From contig OZ251569.1 in assembly GCA_965243595.1 (NCBI GenBank), positions 2,180,203-2,244,202 on the forward strand: a stretch of 64,000 nt of DNA. The letters are read 5' to 3'. Below are positions 37,389 through 46,363 of the stretch, in pieces. This DNA is from Thermodesulfobacteriota bacterium. GTDB taxonomy: Bacteria; Desulfobacterota_D; UBA1144; Nemesobacterales; Nemesobacteraceae. Every line of letters starts with the position of its first letter. The first letter of the stretch is position 1. A model generated the notes under the pieces. The model worked only from the letters and a program-made list of their open reading frames with translations. It made no database searches and had not been told where the DNA came from. Both the position numbers and the translations under genes were made by a program.

Positions 37389-38591
37389 GTGAACGAGACG
37401 GAAGGAAAAAACGGCGGGGACTATGAGAGCCCCCGAGCGGAAACCGAAAGGATTCTGCTCTCGATAGACCGCCCGAAAAACTACTGCGCCGCGGGCAAGA
37501 TGTTCGCTCCCATGCCCGCTCTCGAGGTCCGGGACGCGGGAGCGATATCCTTCCCCGTTCCGAAAGACCGTATGCGCGCCATCTCCGACCGCGCGGCTCC
37601 CCTGTCGGGCGAAGCCGCCCGAAACGGCGCGGAAATCGGTCCCGAAGACGCGCGACTCGGAGGCGGGGGATGGGAAAGGACTCTCGACGACGTGCTGGAC
37701 GCGGTCGCCGAAGGTCTCGGCTGCCCTCGAAAGGGTCTCGGGGCGCGGTTTCGAAAGCTCTCGGCGCTCGGCCCCGGGGAGTCTCTTCGCGCAGGCGGCC
37801 CCGAAGCGGAGGAGACGGCGGCCGTCCTGGCGGTCGCCCTGCCGGTTTCGGGAGGCGCCGAGGGCGGGGAAATCGTCGTTCGCCATAAAAACGAGGAGAC
37901 CGTTCTGGACATCCGGACGGGGGAACCTTCGGAAATCGCCTGGGCGGCCTTCTACGCGGACTGCGGGAGCGAAACGCGGCCGGTGACCGCGGGGGGCGCG
38001 CTGGCTCTCGTTTTCGACCTCGAGCTTCCGGGCAATCCCGACGGGCGCGCGAGGGTCCCGGACTTCGGGAAGGAGACCGAACGGATGGCCCGCGCCCTGG
38101 CCGCGTGGAGCGCGGAGGCGGAGGAAGACGAAAAGATGGTCGTGCTTCTGAATCACGACTGCGGCGGAGAGAGTTTTTCCCTCGGGGAGCTGGGAGGCGT
38201 CGACGCGTCGGTAGCCGAAGTCCTGCTCGAGGCGGCCGCGCGGGCCGGCTGCGCGGCGTACCTCGGGGTGGCGGACATATGCGAGAGCGCCGGGCTCGAG
38301 TACGACGGATACGCGCCGGACGAGAGCGCCTTTTCGGCGGAGAACCTTCTCGACTGGCGGGGGGACTTCGAGCATCCAACGGCTCCCGACGGTTCGCGGG
38401 CGGAATTCGAAAGCGCTTCCTTCGGAAAAAACGACATACTTCCCGCGGACTCTCTTTCCTGGTTCGAGCCGTACGAGGAAGGACAGGAGGAGGAGTGGAT
38501 GGGCATGTACGACCGCATGTACATCCTCGCGGCGATTTCGATCTGGCCCGGGGAAAAATCCCCTTCACGACAGTCTGGGAAGCGTCGCTGA
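37389..38591 (+). CDS. Degenerate (metal-ligand-less) 2OG-Fe(II) oxygenase-like protein
   Basis: Collinear with 33214, but HRD is replaced (GESLRAGGPE), CPHEV becomes CGSET and GYRI becomes GGAL; GTG start 37389; 400 aa open. Confidence 0.75.
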   Translation: MNETEGKNGGDYESPRAETERILLSIDRPKNYCAAGKMFAPMPALEVRDAGAISFPVPKDRMRAISDRAAPLSGEAARNGAEIGPEDARLGGGGWERTLDDVLDAVAEGLGCPRKGLGARFRKLSALGPGESLRAGGPEAEETAAVLAVALPVSGGAEGGEIVVRHKNEETVLDIRTGEPSEIAWAAFYADCGSETRPVTAGGALALVFDLELPGNPDGRARVPDFGKETERMARALAAWSAEAEEDEKMVVLLNHDCGGESFSLGELGGVDASVAEVLLEAAARAGCAAYLGVADICESAGLEYDGYAPDESAFSAENLLDWRGDFEHPTAPDGSRAEFESASFGKNDILPADSLSWFEPYEEGQEEEWMGMYDRMYILAAISIWPGEKSPSRQSGKRR

Positions 38592-38733
38592 ACCCCTTGC
38601 TGAAAACACCGCCCGAGAGGCTGGGCGGCAGGTCGCCACGCGGCTCGCGGAAACGCTTCCCTGCGGACCCGGATTTTCGGAGTTCGTACTCGGGAATTCT
38701 TCCGGCGGTCGCCTCGTATTGCGCGCAAGCACC

Positions 38734-38763
38734 TTGATTCCCGGGAGAATGGCAAGCTATAAT
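38734..38763 (+). promoter_or_regulatory. Putative sigma70 promoter
   Basis: TTGATT-18 nt-TATAAT, 21 nt before ATG 38785. Confidence 0.6.
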
Positions 38764-38784
38764 GTTCTCGGGACGGAAACGGCA

Positions 38785-39423
38785 ATGAGCATGGATACGG
38801 CAATATCGATCGTTAATCTCTTCGTGGAGAATCTGCCCGCAGCCTTGTGGCTCATCCTTTTCATCTATGTCGGCATGCGCGCCGGAATCATACCGTCTTC
38901 CAGAAACATAGACGAAACAAACAAAAGCATAAGCAAAAACATAGATGAAGCGAACAAGAACGCTAGCGGAAACGTGGCGGAGATAAATGAAAAGATAAAC
39001 AAAATAAACGAAACGCTCGCCAGACAGACGACCGCCGTGAACATACTTATGACCAAAGAAAAACTGGGGACCATGGTCTCGGAAAGCCCCCTTACGCTTT
39101 CGGAAAAGGGAGAGAAAATTTCAAAAAGCATAGACGCCGAAAAGATAGTAAACTCCAGGCTGGACGAGCTCAGAGCGGAGTTCGAAGAACTTTCAAACAG
39201 CTACGACATCCAGGAAAAGGCCATGGAGCTCGGGGAATCCATCTACGACGACCTTCCCGAAAACGTAAAGAACTCCGCAAAAGAGGAAATCTACCAGAAC
39301 GGACTGCAGCTTTTTCAGGTCTATCCGATTTTCTCCCTCATACTGAGAGACGCCATACTGAAGGAAAGGGAAACGGGCGAACGCGGGACGGAAAAAATCC
39401 CCGCCGCGCAACCGTCTCCGTAA
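38785..39423 (+). CDS. Membrane-anchored coiled-coil hypothetical protein
   Basis: TM segment LPAALWLILFIYVGMRAGII; 11-aa repeats SRNIDETNKSI / SKNIDEANKNA / SGNVAEINEKI; SESPLTLSEKGE. Confidence 0.7.
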   Translation: MSMDTAISIVNLFVENLPAALWLILFIYVGMRAGIIPSSRNIDETNKSISKNIDEANKNASGNVAEINEKINKINETLARQTTAVNILMTKEKLGTMVSESPLTLSEKGEKISKSIDAEKIVNSRLDELRAEFEELSNSYDIQEKAMELGESIYDDLPENVKNSAKEEIYQNGLQLFQVYPIFSLILRDAILKERETGERGTEKIPAAQPSP

Positions 39424-39429
39424 AAAATC

Positions 39430-39543
39430 CCGACGGCGTCGCGGGTCGCTTCGCAGCAAGGCGGAATTTTTACGGGCCAGGTCTTTTGTCTCTTCGGAAA
39501 GTCCCGCCGTTAAAACCCGGAACCGGCTTGTCGCCTTATGCAT
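39430..39543 (-). pseudogene. Truncated ParE/HigB-like toxin
   Basis: MHKATSRFRVL..LSEETKDLARKNSALLRSDPR resembles the N-terminus of toxins paired with the upstream gene; similarity ends after DPR. Confidence 0.55.
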
Positions 39544-39744
39544 TTAAAGTTTCTTGAGGAGTCCCTGGTTTTTCTCGGCAACGGCTTCTTTCACCAGAAA
39601 ATCCAGCTTTCCGGCGGCCGAGTCCTTTTCGATTTCTTCGTCCCACTTCTCCCAGTCCCTTTCGGAAAACCAGTCGCGCAGACGCGCGTAGTCCTCTTGA
39701 GAAAGAGAAGCGATCGCGGATTTTATTTCTTCCACAGACAACAT
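39544..39744 (-). CDS. Small antitoxin-like protein
   Basis: MLSVEEIKSAIASLSQEDYARLRDWFSERDWEKWDEEIEKDSAAGKLDFLVKEA; stop abuts the toxin ATG. Confidence 0.7.
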   Translation of the reverse strand: MLSVEEIKSAIASLSQEDYARLRDWFSERDWEKWDEEIEKDSAAGKLDFLVKEAVAEKNQGLLKKL

Positions 39745-39868
39745 GACCGACACACAAGTCGCTCGGGCGAGCCGCAAACCGGTCGGATACCATACCTGAA
39801 ATTCCATTCCAATCAACCGACGGCGCCATCGAATTCCTTACGAACGAATTTCCGTTTCGTCACCAAAG

Positions 39869-39897
39869 TCAGTTGTAAAGAAATCCTTTACAACTGA
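39869..39897. repeat. Perfect rhuM-type palindrome (12-5-12)
   Basis: tcagttgtaaag-aaatc-ctttacaactga; translates SVVKKSFTT. Confidence 0.9.
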
Positions 39898-40035
39898 TCA
39901 GCCGCGATTCGCTTTTACCGGGAATCTTTCAGGGTCCGACCGTGACCACCGGTCTTCCGTATCCCGCGGACCGCAAGCAACTCCCGGGCTGGAATGCGCA
40001 TCCTCCGCTCGGTCTTTTTGCCCATGGGGTAACTC

Positions 40036-40621
40036 ATGGCGGTGTACGATGGGGTCCGCGGAGCTTCTCGAAGACGAGATGGAGTGAGAGCCTACAAGAA
40101 TCTCAAAAACGTGGAGAAGGCGTTTCGCTGCATAAAGACGATGGCTCTCAGCATAAGACCCATATATCACAGACTTGACGGCAGGGTTCGCGCTCACGTC
40201 TTCATATGCATGCGCTCGCCTACTACTGCGGAGTGGCACATGCGCAGGGCGTGGGCTCCTTTGATGTTCTCCGAAGACGACCCTCGGCGTGCAGAGAGCC
40301 TTCGCAACTCGGAGGTTGGACCTGCTTGTGAAGTCTGAGAGCATCAAACGCAAGGCGGGCACGAAGAAGACTGCGGACGGAATGGCGGTTCACAGCTTCG
40401 AGGGTTTGATAAAGCAGATGGCCCACACTTGCGCGCGCCACCAAGGAGGTGGGCGGAGTATTGTTCAACGAGGTGGTTCCTCCCACCGAACTGCAGGACA
40501 AGACGTTGGAACTTCTCGGAGTCAAAAGCCTGCTGTAGTCAGAAAACGCAAGTTGGAACCCCTCGACATCTCAATGATTACAACCTGTTATCTGCCATTC
40601 GCTTCAAGAACTTCCATCTAC
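40036..40621 (+). mobile_element. IS1634-family 3' relic
   Basis: VRAYKNLKNVEKAFRCIKT..IRPIYHRLDGRVRAHVFICM..EWHMRRAWAPLMF..VHSFEGL, with frameshifts; probable right end near aacttccatcta. Confidence 0.8.
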
Positions 40622-40700
40622 ACGAGGTCCAAGCGCACCTTGCGACCGACTTCCCGGCACGGACCGATTGTTGTTCGCCCCGTTTCACGGCAGGCCTGTG

Positions 40701-40973
40701 CTAGTGAAGAACCGTGGTCCCGTAAACATCTTTTCTACGCCTAACGGCTATCACGGTCACAACAAGCTTTTTGTCGAGCTTTGAACACAACAGCCTGTAA
40801 TCGCCGACCCTGAACCTGTAAAAGTCTCCCTCGTAGCCCGAAAGACGGGAAAGATGGAAATTCGGGTCGACCGCCAGTTTCTCCTCCAGAGATCTGAGGA
40901 TTCTTTTCCGGACATTTTCAGGCAATCTGGAAAGCTGTTTCTTCGCTTTCTTCGTCAGCTTTACCTGCCACAT
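40701..40973 (-). CDS. RelE/ParE-family toxin, copy 2
   Basis: MWQVKLTKKAKKQL..FYRFRVGDYRLL..RRKDVY. Confidence 0.9.
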   Translation of the reverse strand: MWQVKLTKKAKKQLSRLPENVRKRILRSLEEKLAVDPNFHLSRLSGYEGDFYRFRVGDYRLLCSKLDKKLVVTVIAVRRRKDVYGTTVLH

Positions 40974-40979
40974 CGGGGT

Positions 40980-41240
40980 TCAGAGGTTCAATTCTTTTTT
41001 TACTTCAGACAGAGGAATCGCCTCTTCTCCCGAAGCCACGAATTCTTCGTAAGCTCTTCTGGCTTCTTCGTAGTCTTCCAAGTCCTCAAGCTTTTTCATC
41101 AGAAACAGTTCCAGTCCTTTCCTGACGTAATAGCTTTTCGACCTTTCTTCCGCTTTTGATATTCTGTCGAGAATTTCGCCAAGATCGACGGGTATCTGCG
41201 CGGAAACGCCTATAGTCTTTGACTCCTTCACGGTGCTCAT
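40980..41240 (-). CDS. RelB-like antitoxin, copy 2
   Basis: 86-aa paralog of 27595. Confidence 0.85.
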   Translation of the reverse strand: MSTVKESKTIGVSAQIPVDLGEILDRISKAEERSKSYYVRKGLELFLMKKLEDLEDYEEARRAYEEFVASGEEAIPLSEVKKELNL

Positions 41241-41504
41241 GCATCTGCCTCCTCAATCGTAAATCTAGCAAATTCTAACAGTCTTCGCAATGTTTATAGT
41301 TCTTATCGACTTTTGGGGCGACGGCTCGGAGCGGAAATTCATCCGGTAAGAAACAGACCGCGTAGTCGGCTTCGGCGTGGAGCACGGGGACATCACCGTT
41401 CTCGCGCGCAGGAACGCGGACGCCACCAGAATCAAAGTTGTCCAACCGTGACGACCGGTCTTCCGTATCCCGCGACGGTGTACGATAGGGCCCGCTTCCG
41501 TGTT

Positions 41505-42248
41505 TCAGGCTTCCCGCTTCGAGTCGAGCCATCCGTCGAATTCGGGCGGAAGCAGCCCGATCATCTTCTCGCAGCTCATGTCGAAAATGTCGTACGTAAG
41601 TTCCAGCTGCTGAAACACCCTGATCAGTCTGTGTATGGAGCCCGGTTTGTTCACGTCGGAGGTAGCACCGCGCTTCACGTTTCCCCGACCGTCGGAATAG
41701 AGCCGGTTTACCAGTCTGATGAATTCCCGGGACCTTGCGAACTGCGGGCGCGCGACAATTTCGTATGCAAGAGCCATCCGCGAGCCTATCGGTCCCGTAA
41801 GCAGTATTCTCGCTTCCTCGCCGTGGCGCCTGTAGAGATAAAACGGAGTCGCGAGCAGATGGTATATATATTTTCTCCAGTTGAGATCTCCCTGCTCGAC
41901 CTCGAGAATATAGTTGTCGGGAGCGTTCAGCCTGTTTTTCCCGGAAATCTTCGCTTCGAGCAGCTCTTCCAGGTAGTAAAGGCCGAGCCACGACCAAAGT
42001 CCCCCGTTGTAGGATATCTCGCTCTGGTCGAGGTCCGCGAAGACCCCCGCGAGGTAAGTGGCCGCCTCGTACTTCGTGCGGAACCGGTTTCTCTCTATCT
42101 CGACGTGCTGTCTCAGGGATTCGGAATACGGACTACGGTAAAGCAGATGATGCGGATGCGGAGCCGCCTCGCCGCGGCGGCATGCCTGTATATGGCCGCG
42201 GAAGGCGTCCGTGCCGGCTTTGGTGAGCTGGCGGACCACGTCAGACAT
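41505..42248 (-). CDS. Hypothetical protein, gene 3 of the GHKL operon
   Basis: 247 aa; 8-nt overlap with the upstream gene; GLWSWL..Y, YHLLATP, QLELTYD. Confidence 0.8.
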   Translation of the reverse strand: MSDVVRQLTKAGTDAFRGHIQACRRGEAAPHPHHLLYRSPYSESLRQHVEIERNRFRTKYEAATYLAGVFADLDQSEISYNGGLWSWLGLYYLEELLEAKISGKNRLNAPDNYILEVEQGDLNWRKYIYHLLATPFYLYRRHGEEARILLTGPIGSRMALAYEIVARPQFARSREFIRLVNRLYSDGRGNVKRGATSDVNKPGSIHRLIRVFQQLELTYDIFDMSCEKMIGLLPPEFDGWLDSKREA

Positions 42249-42990
42249 TGAACAACGCCCCCTCCGCTATCCTGTTCTTGTCGCAGAAGGCTTCCACGGC
42301 TCCCTCGATCCAGTCGAGAAAAACCCGGACGTCCTCGCCGGCGGCTTCCCCGCAGGGCCCGGGATATTCCTCCGGGTAAAAGCCCGAAACGAATTCGAGC
42401 CACTTGCCCCACGGGGATTTCTCGGAATCCTCGGGTTCTTCTGCTTCCCGTTTCTCCACGAAAACGATGTGGTGGAGAACCTCGCGCACCACCGAGGGAA
42501 AGACCAGGGCCCGGAACTCCCCCCTTTTCTGTATTCCGTCCTTGCGCCGGTTAAGCTCGAGCCTCACTCCCTCGTCGTGGAACTTCAGTCTCCATATCTG
42601 GCTGCCCGTGTCGGTCAGATGCAGGGGAAGCAGGGCCTCGAGCCCTTCTTGAGAATCCGCGCCCGGACTGATCTGGGAACTTACGGCGAACAGTCTTCCG
42701 CTGTCCCGGTCGACCACCTTGACGCGGAACCGGGAGAACCTGTCCCCCTCGATTTCAAGCAGCCGGCGGTCCGCGGGAGGAGAGAGCGCCTCCACGGTTC
42801 CGTAGTCGAAGCGCATGAAGGAGTTGCCGCGATACGCCTCCACGAACACCCTGGCGGCCGGAGCGAGGTCGTACCTGTCGAGATTCAGCCGCGCGTCGAA
42901 AGAAAGAGGCCTGGTGCTCGGGTCGAATGTGATCACGGCGTCGGAGAGGCCGATGCGGGACCTGGACGTGTAGTTGAACCTTCTAATCAT
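42241..42990 (-). CDS. Hypothetical protein, gene 2 of the GHKL operon
   Basis: 249 aa; MIRRFNYTSRSRI..VFVEAY..MRFDYGTV..FRVKVVD; 8-nt overlaps on both sides. Confidence 0.8.
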   Translation of the reverse strand: MIRRFNYTSRSRIGLSDAVITFDPSTRPLSFDARLNLDRYDLAPAARVFVEAYRGNSFMRFDYGTVEALSPPADRRLLEIEGDRFSRFRVKVVDRDSGRLFAVSSQISPGADSQEGLEALLPLHLTDTGSQIWRLKFHDEGVRLELNRRKDGIQKRGEFRALVFPSVVREVLHHIVFVEKREAEEPEDSEKSPWGKWLEFVSGFYPEEYPGPCGEAAGEDVRVFLDWIEGAVEAFCDKNRIAEGALFNV

Positions 42991-44869
42991 CTTCCTTCGC
43001 CTCCGCGGCTTCGGCCCTGATGTGGAGGTCGCGGTTTACGTCGAAGCCCGCGACGACCACGCTGAAGCCTTCGCGGATGTCGGTCACGGCGAGACGGTTT
43101 CCCGAGCCTTCGAAGCCGCAGTTTTCGCTCTCGATCACGATGGGAGGTTCCTCCAGGCGGAAATCGTAAGGGCTGTACCTCGAAAGCGGATTGCCGCCGC
43201 TTTCGTACGCGAGGTCCACGAGGATGGATTCGGGCAGCTCCCCGCCCTCGGAGGCGGAAACGGTGAAACCGCCGCCGGTCTTGCGGATCCGAAACGGGAA
43301 AGCGTCCGTTCCGGACGGTTCCACCCGGGGAGCCGTCCATGGGGCGGGTTCGGGTTCGGAGCCGTTTCCCCCGGGACCCGCCTTGGGCTTTTCCACGAAG
43401 AAGACGTCTATGAAGGCGTTTTCCCGCACTTCCTCCTCCTTGTCCACGGCGAGCGCGGCCAGAATGTCCCTTACGGCGTTTTTCACGAATCTCACCGTCT
43501 GTTCCACGTTCACGTACTTCGCCTTGGCGCGCGGGGAGCCCGCTCTCCAGTTTGAGTGGGAGGGTTCTTCGGTGTCTCTGAGCAGGTGGGCCAGCGGCTC
43601 GTCCTCCCTTATGTGCACGAGGGCGCGCGCCTGGTAGGACCTGATGGTGTCTATGTCCGAAATGGCGAGATTGCCCCTCACGTAATAGTCCTTTCCCTGC
43701 TCGACCGTTTCGTCCTTCTCGACGACCGCCCTGAAATACGACGTGGCCCCCTGCCTCTCCTTCTTGCGTCTCACCGGCACGGGAATCCTGAAATGGAGCC
43801 TCTCGCCGGAGTCGAGACGCCCGGCGAGAGATTCCCTGCTGCCCCCGAGCATTTCCTCTACGCTTCTTTTCGGAGAATGCGCAAGCTCGATCCAGTCGGT
43901 TTCCCGTTTCCCGAGTCCCGTCCTCACCATGTCGATGAGACGGACGAGGTCCTCGCGGTTAAGCTCGCGGTCCTCCGGCCAGGCGAGATGCGAAACCACG
44001 TTTTCTATGTTGCCGCTTCCCAGATTCCAGGTTCCGCCGTAATCCGAAACCTCGACGACCAGGCCGTCGGATATTATCGGGTAGAAATAGTGCTTGATCA
44101 CGGCGCGGACCACGTCTTCCGCCCGGATCGGGTCCTCGGCTTCGGAGAGAAAGGGAATCACGACCGAAAGGCCCGGTTCGTCCCCGCGCCGCAGATTGAA
44201 ATCGCGGCGGAAGTTCTCGACCGTTTCTCGGTCCTTTCCGCCGTCGAACGGCACCTGAAGCCCGCTTCCGTCGTCCCTGATCAGGGAGAAAAAACCGTAG
44301 GGGTCGTACTTCACGCCCCCGAGCACGTGCTGCTTGAGCACCGCCTGTCCCATGAGCAGGGTTCTGCCGTCGTCCCTGCGGGTCAGGGCGAAAAAAGCGT
44401 TCAGACGCGAGGCGTCGGGCAGCACCCATTTCCCCAGGCCCCAGCTGCCTCCCTTGTCCTGCCCCTTGCCGGAGCGGCCCACGTTTCTGAAAAAGTAGTA
44501 GAAATGATTGCCGCTGTCGTCGGTCGTCTGCTCGGGGTCTCCCGTGAGTCCCGCGGTCGCGAAATCCTCGATGACCATGTAGACGAGCTTCTGTCCCGCG
44601 GGGTCGAAATCGGAACCCGAGGCGCTCAGGTGAGGCAGAAGTCCCCCGAAGTAGAAATCCCGCCTGTCCTTCGGAAAATCCGCTCCCGCGGAGTGAACGG
44701 CGAAGCGGATCCTCACGGGCTCGTCTCCGCTTTTCACGTCGAGGGAGTTCTGCAGGGTTTCCCTCACCAGGCGGTCGACGATGTCGGAGCCCGTGAAGAA
44801 CTCTCCCTGCACGGGATCGTAATTCATCTCCGACGGCGAAATTTTCCTGAAATTCCAGAAAGAAGTCAT
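42983..44869 (-). CDS. GHKL (HATPase/MORC-like) ATPase-domain protein
   Basis: 628 aa; N-box LVRETLQNSLD, G1 IEDFATAGLTG, G2 GGSWGLGK. Confidence 0.75.
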   Translation of the reverse strand: MTSFWNFRKISPSEMNYDPVQGEFFTGSDIVDRLVRETLQNSLDVKSGDEPVRIRFAVHSAGADFPKDRRDFYFGGLLPHLSASGSDFDPAGQKLVYMVIEDFATAGLTGDPEQTTDDSGNHFYYFFRNVGRSGKGQDKGGSWGLGKWVLPDASRLNAFFALTRRDDGRTLLMGQAVLKQHVLGGVKYDPYGFFSLIRDDGSGLQVPFDGGKDRETVENFRRDFNLRRGDEPGLSVVIPFLSEAEDPIRAEDVVRAVIKHYFYPIISDGLVVEVSDYGGTWNLGSGNIENVVSHLAWPEDRELNREDLVRLIDMVRTGLGKRETDWIELAHSPKRSVEEMLGGSRESLAGRLDSGERLHFRIPVPVRRKKERQGATSYFRAVVEKDETVEQGKDYYVRGNLAISDIDTIRSYQARALVHIREDEPLAHLLRDTEEPSHSNWRAGSPRAKAKYVNVEQTVRFVKNAVRDILAALAVDKEEEVRENAFIDVFFVEKPKAGPGGNGSEPEPAPWTAPRVEPSGTDAFPFRIRKTGGGFTVSASEGGELPESILVDLAYESGGNPLSRYSPYDFRLEEPPIVIESENCGFEGSGNRLAVTDIREGFSVVVAGFDVNRDLHIRAEAAEAKEDD

Positions 44870-45066
44870 CCTTCAGTTTCCCCGGACTCCAAGACCTCTC
44901 GGCGGGTAATTGTAACACAAAACGCCGCGCGGCTCTCATCGTTTCCGTCTACGCGGCCGGAAGAAAAGCCGGCGGCCTGACGGCGGATTTCCGGGACAAC
45001 TCCGCGACTGTTGCAGAGAGCTCCCGTCGCGGACTTCGAAACGGAAAAAAGAGGGGGTCTTCTCTT

Positions 45067-45351
45067 CTACATCAGGTCCAGGCGCACCCTGCGGCCGACG
45101 GCCTCGGCAGCCTTGCAGAGCGTCGCGAGAGTGACGGAACGGTTTTCGGCATCCAGCAGGCGGTCCAGAGTGCCGCGGCCGGTTCCCATCTTCGACGCCA
45201 TCTCGGTTTTCGTCATGCCCTCGCGCCGCATCGCGTCGGCCAACTGACGAGCCAGCACGCACCTGATCGCGGCGACGGTGACTTCTCCCGCGATACCTTC
45301 TTCGTCAAGCCAGCTTTCAAAGGACGTTCCGATATTTTTTTCCTTCATCAA
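45067..45351 (-). CDS. XRE-family HTH antitoxin
   Basis: NIGTSFESWLDEEG..MTKTEMASKMGTGRGTLDRLLDAEN.SVTLATL.KAA. Confidence 0.85.
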   Translation of the reverse strand: MMKEKNIGTSFESWLDEEGIAGEVTVAAIRCVLARQLADAMRREGMTKTEMASKMGTGRGTLDRLLDAENRSVTLATLCKAAEAVGRRVRLDLM

Positions 45352-45627
45352 GCCGCTTCTTCCCTTCGTCCGAGCGCAAGATCAACGTCTTTCCGACATC
45401 CCGCGGCTGCTGCGACAAGCTCTTCATCGCGCTTCGCATACGACATCCCGCGGTCGCCGACCCCTGAATCCATACGCGTTTCCCCCGCAACCCGAGAGCC
45501 TGAAAAGATGAAAACCGGGATCGACCAACAGCCTGCCGTCCACGGTTTCGGCAACGCTTTTCCGGATATTTCCCGGCAACCCGGAAAACCGTTTCTTCGC
45601 TTTATTCGTCAGCTTTGCCCGCCGCAT
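45348..45627 (-). pseudogene. Frameshifted RelE copy 3, joined to the tail of another toxin
   Basis: MRRAKLTNKAKKRFSGLPGNIR..FHLFRLSG..FR, frameshift, VGDRGM..KRDEELV..RKDV, then DLALGRREEAA* overlapping the XRE start. Confidence 0.7.
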
Positions 45628-45632
45628 CGGGT

Positions 45633-45893
45633 TCAGAGGTTCAATTCCTTTTTTACTTCGGACCAAGGAATCGCCTCTTCTCCCGAAGCCACGAATTCTT
45701 CGTAAGCTCTTCTGGCTTCTTCGTAGTCTTCCAGGTCCTCGAGCTTTTTCATCAGAAGCAGTTCCAGTCCCTTCCTGACGTAATAGCTTTTCGGCCTTTC
45801 TTCCGCTTTCGATATTCTGTCGAGAATTTCGCCGAGGTCGGCGGATATCTGCGCGGAAACGCCCACCGTCCCGGACTCCTTGATCGTGCTCAT
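45633..45893 (-). CDS. RelB-like antitoxin, copy 3
   Basis: 86-aa paralog from ATG 45893 (AAGGAGGAG RBS). Confidence 0.85.
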   Translation of the reverse strand: MSTIKESGTVGVSAQISADLGEILDRISKAEERPKSYYVRKGLELLLMKKLEDLEDYEEARRAYEEFVASGEEAIPWSEVKKELNL

Positions 45894-46119
45894 GCCACTC
45901 CTCCTTGTACGGAAACATATCAAGTTCCAGCGGTTTTCTCAACGGCCGGAATTTTTATTGACTTTCGCCATGTCGTCCGGCCAAGAAAACATGCGACCGA
46001 TTCTCCCTCCGCGGTTCAATCGGACTTTCGCGGTCGTCCGATTTCAGGGCTTCGGCGTCAAGGAAGCTTGACCGCTCTCACCGTCAGCGCACGGAAGAAA
46101 ACTTATGTTACGGATAGAG

Positions 46120-46363
46120 TCACGAGAAAAACCTGGAAATCAGGGCGGGTATTCCACCCGCAACTATTACGGCGACGACTAATACCGGAGCCGGTTTTCA
46201 AACTTGTCAGCTTTCTGTTCGGCGTTGTTACCCTTTGACTCATACCTTCCACAAGAGCCTTGGTGTCCGCCCCGAGTTTCGCAATGTCTTTGACATCCCT
46301 CTGAATGCTGTCAACAACCTTCTCGGTATGATCTACCTCGACCTCCAGGCTCGATTTCTTCAT
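46120..46363 (-). pseudogene. Small coiled-coil protein with a frameshifted C-terminal TM helix, downstream of the RT
   Basis: MKKSSLEVEVDHTEKVVDSIQRDVKDI..KLTSLK; an alternative frame from ~46197 gives PAPVLVVAVIVAGGIPALISRFFS*. Confidence 0.45.

Noticed and set aside
19397-38591. Paralog duplications as DGR template/variable repeats
   Set aside because: Differences are spread over all bases and over kilobases; segmental duplication explains them.
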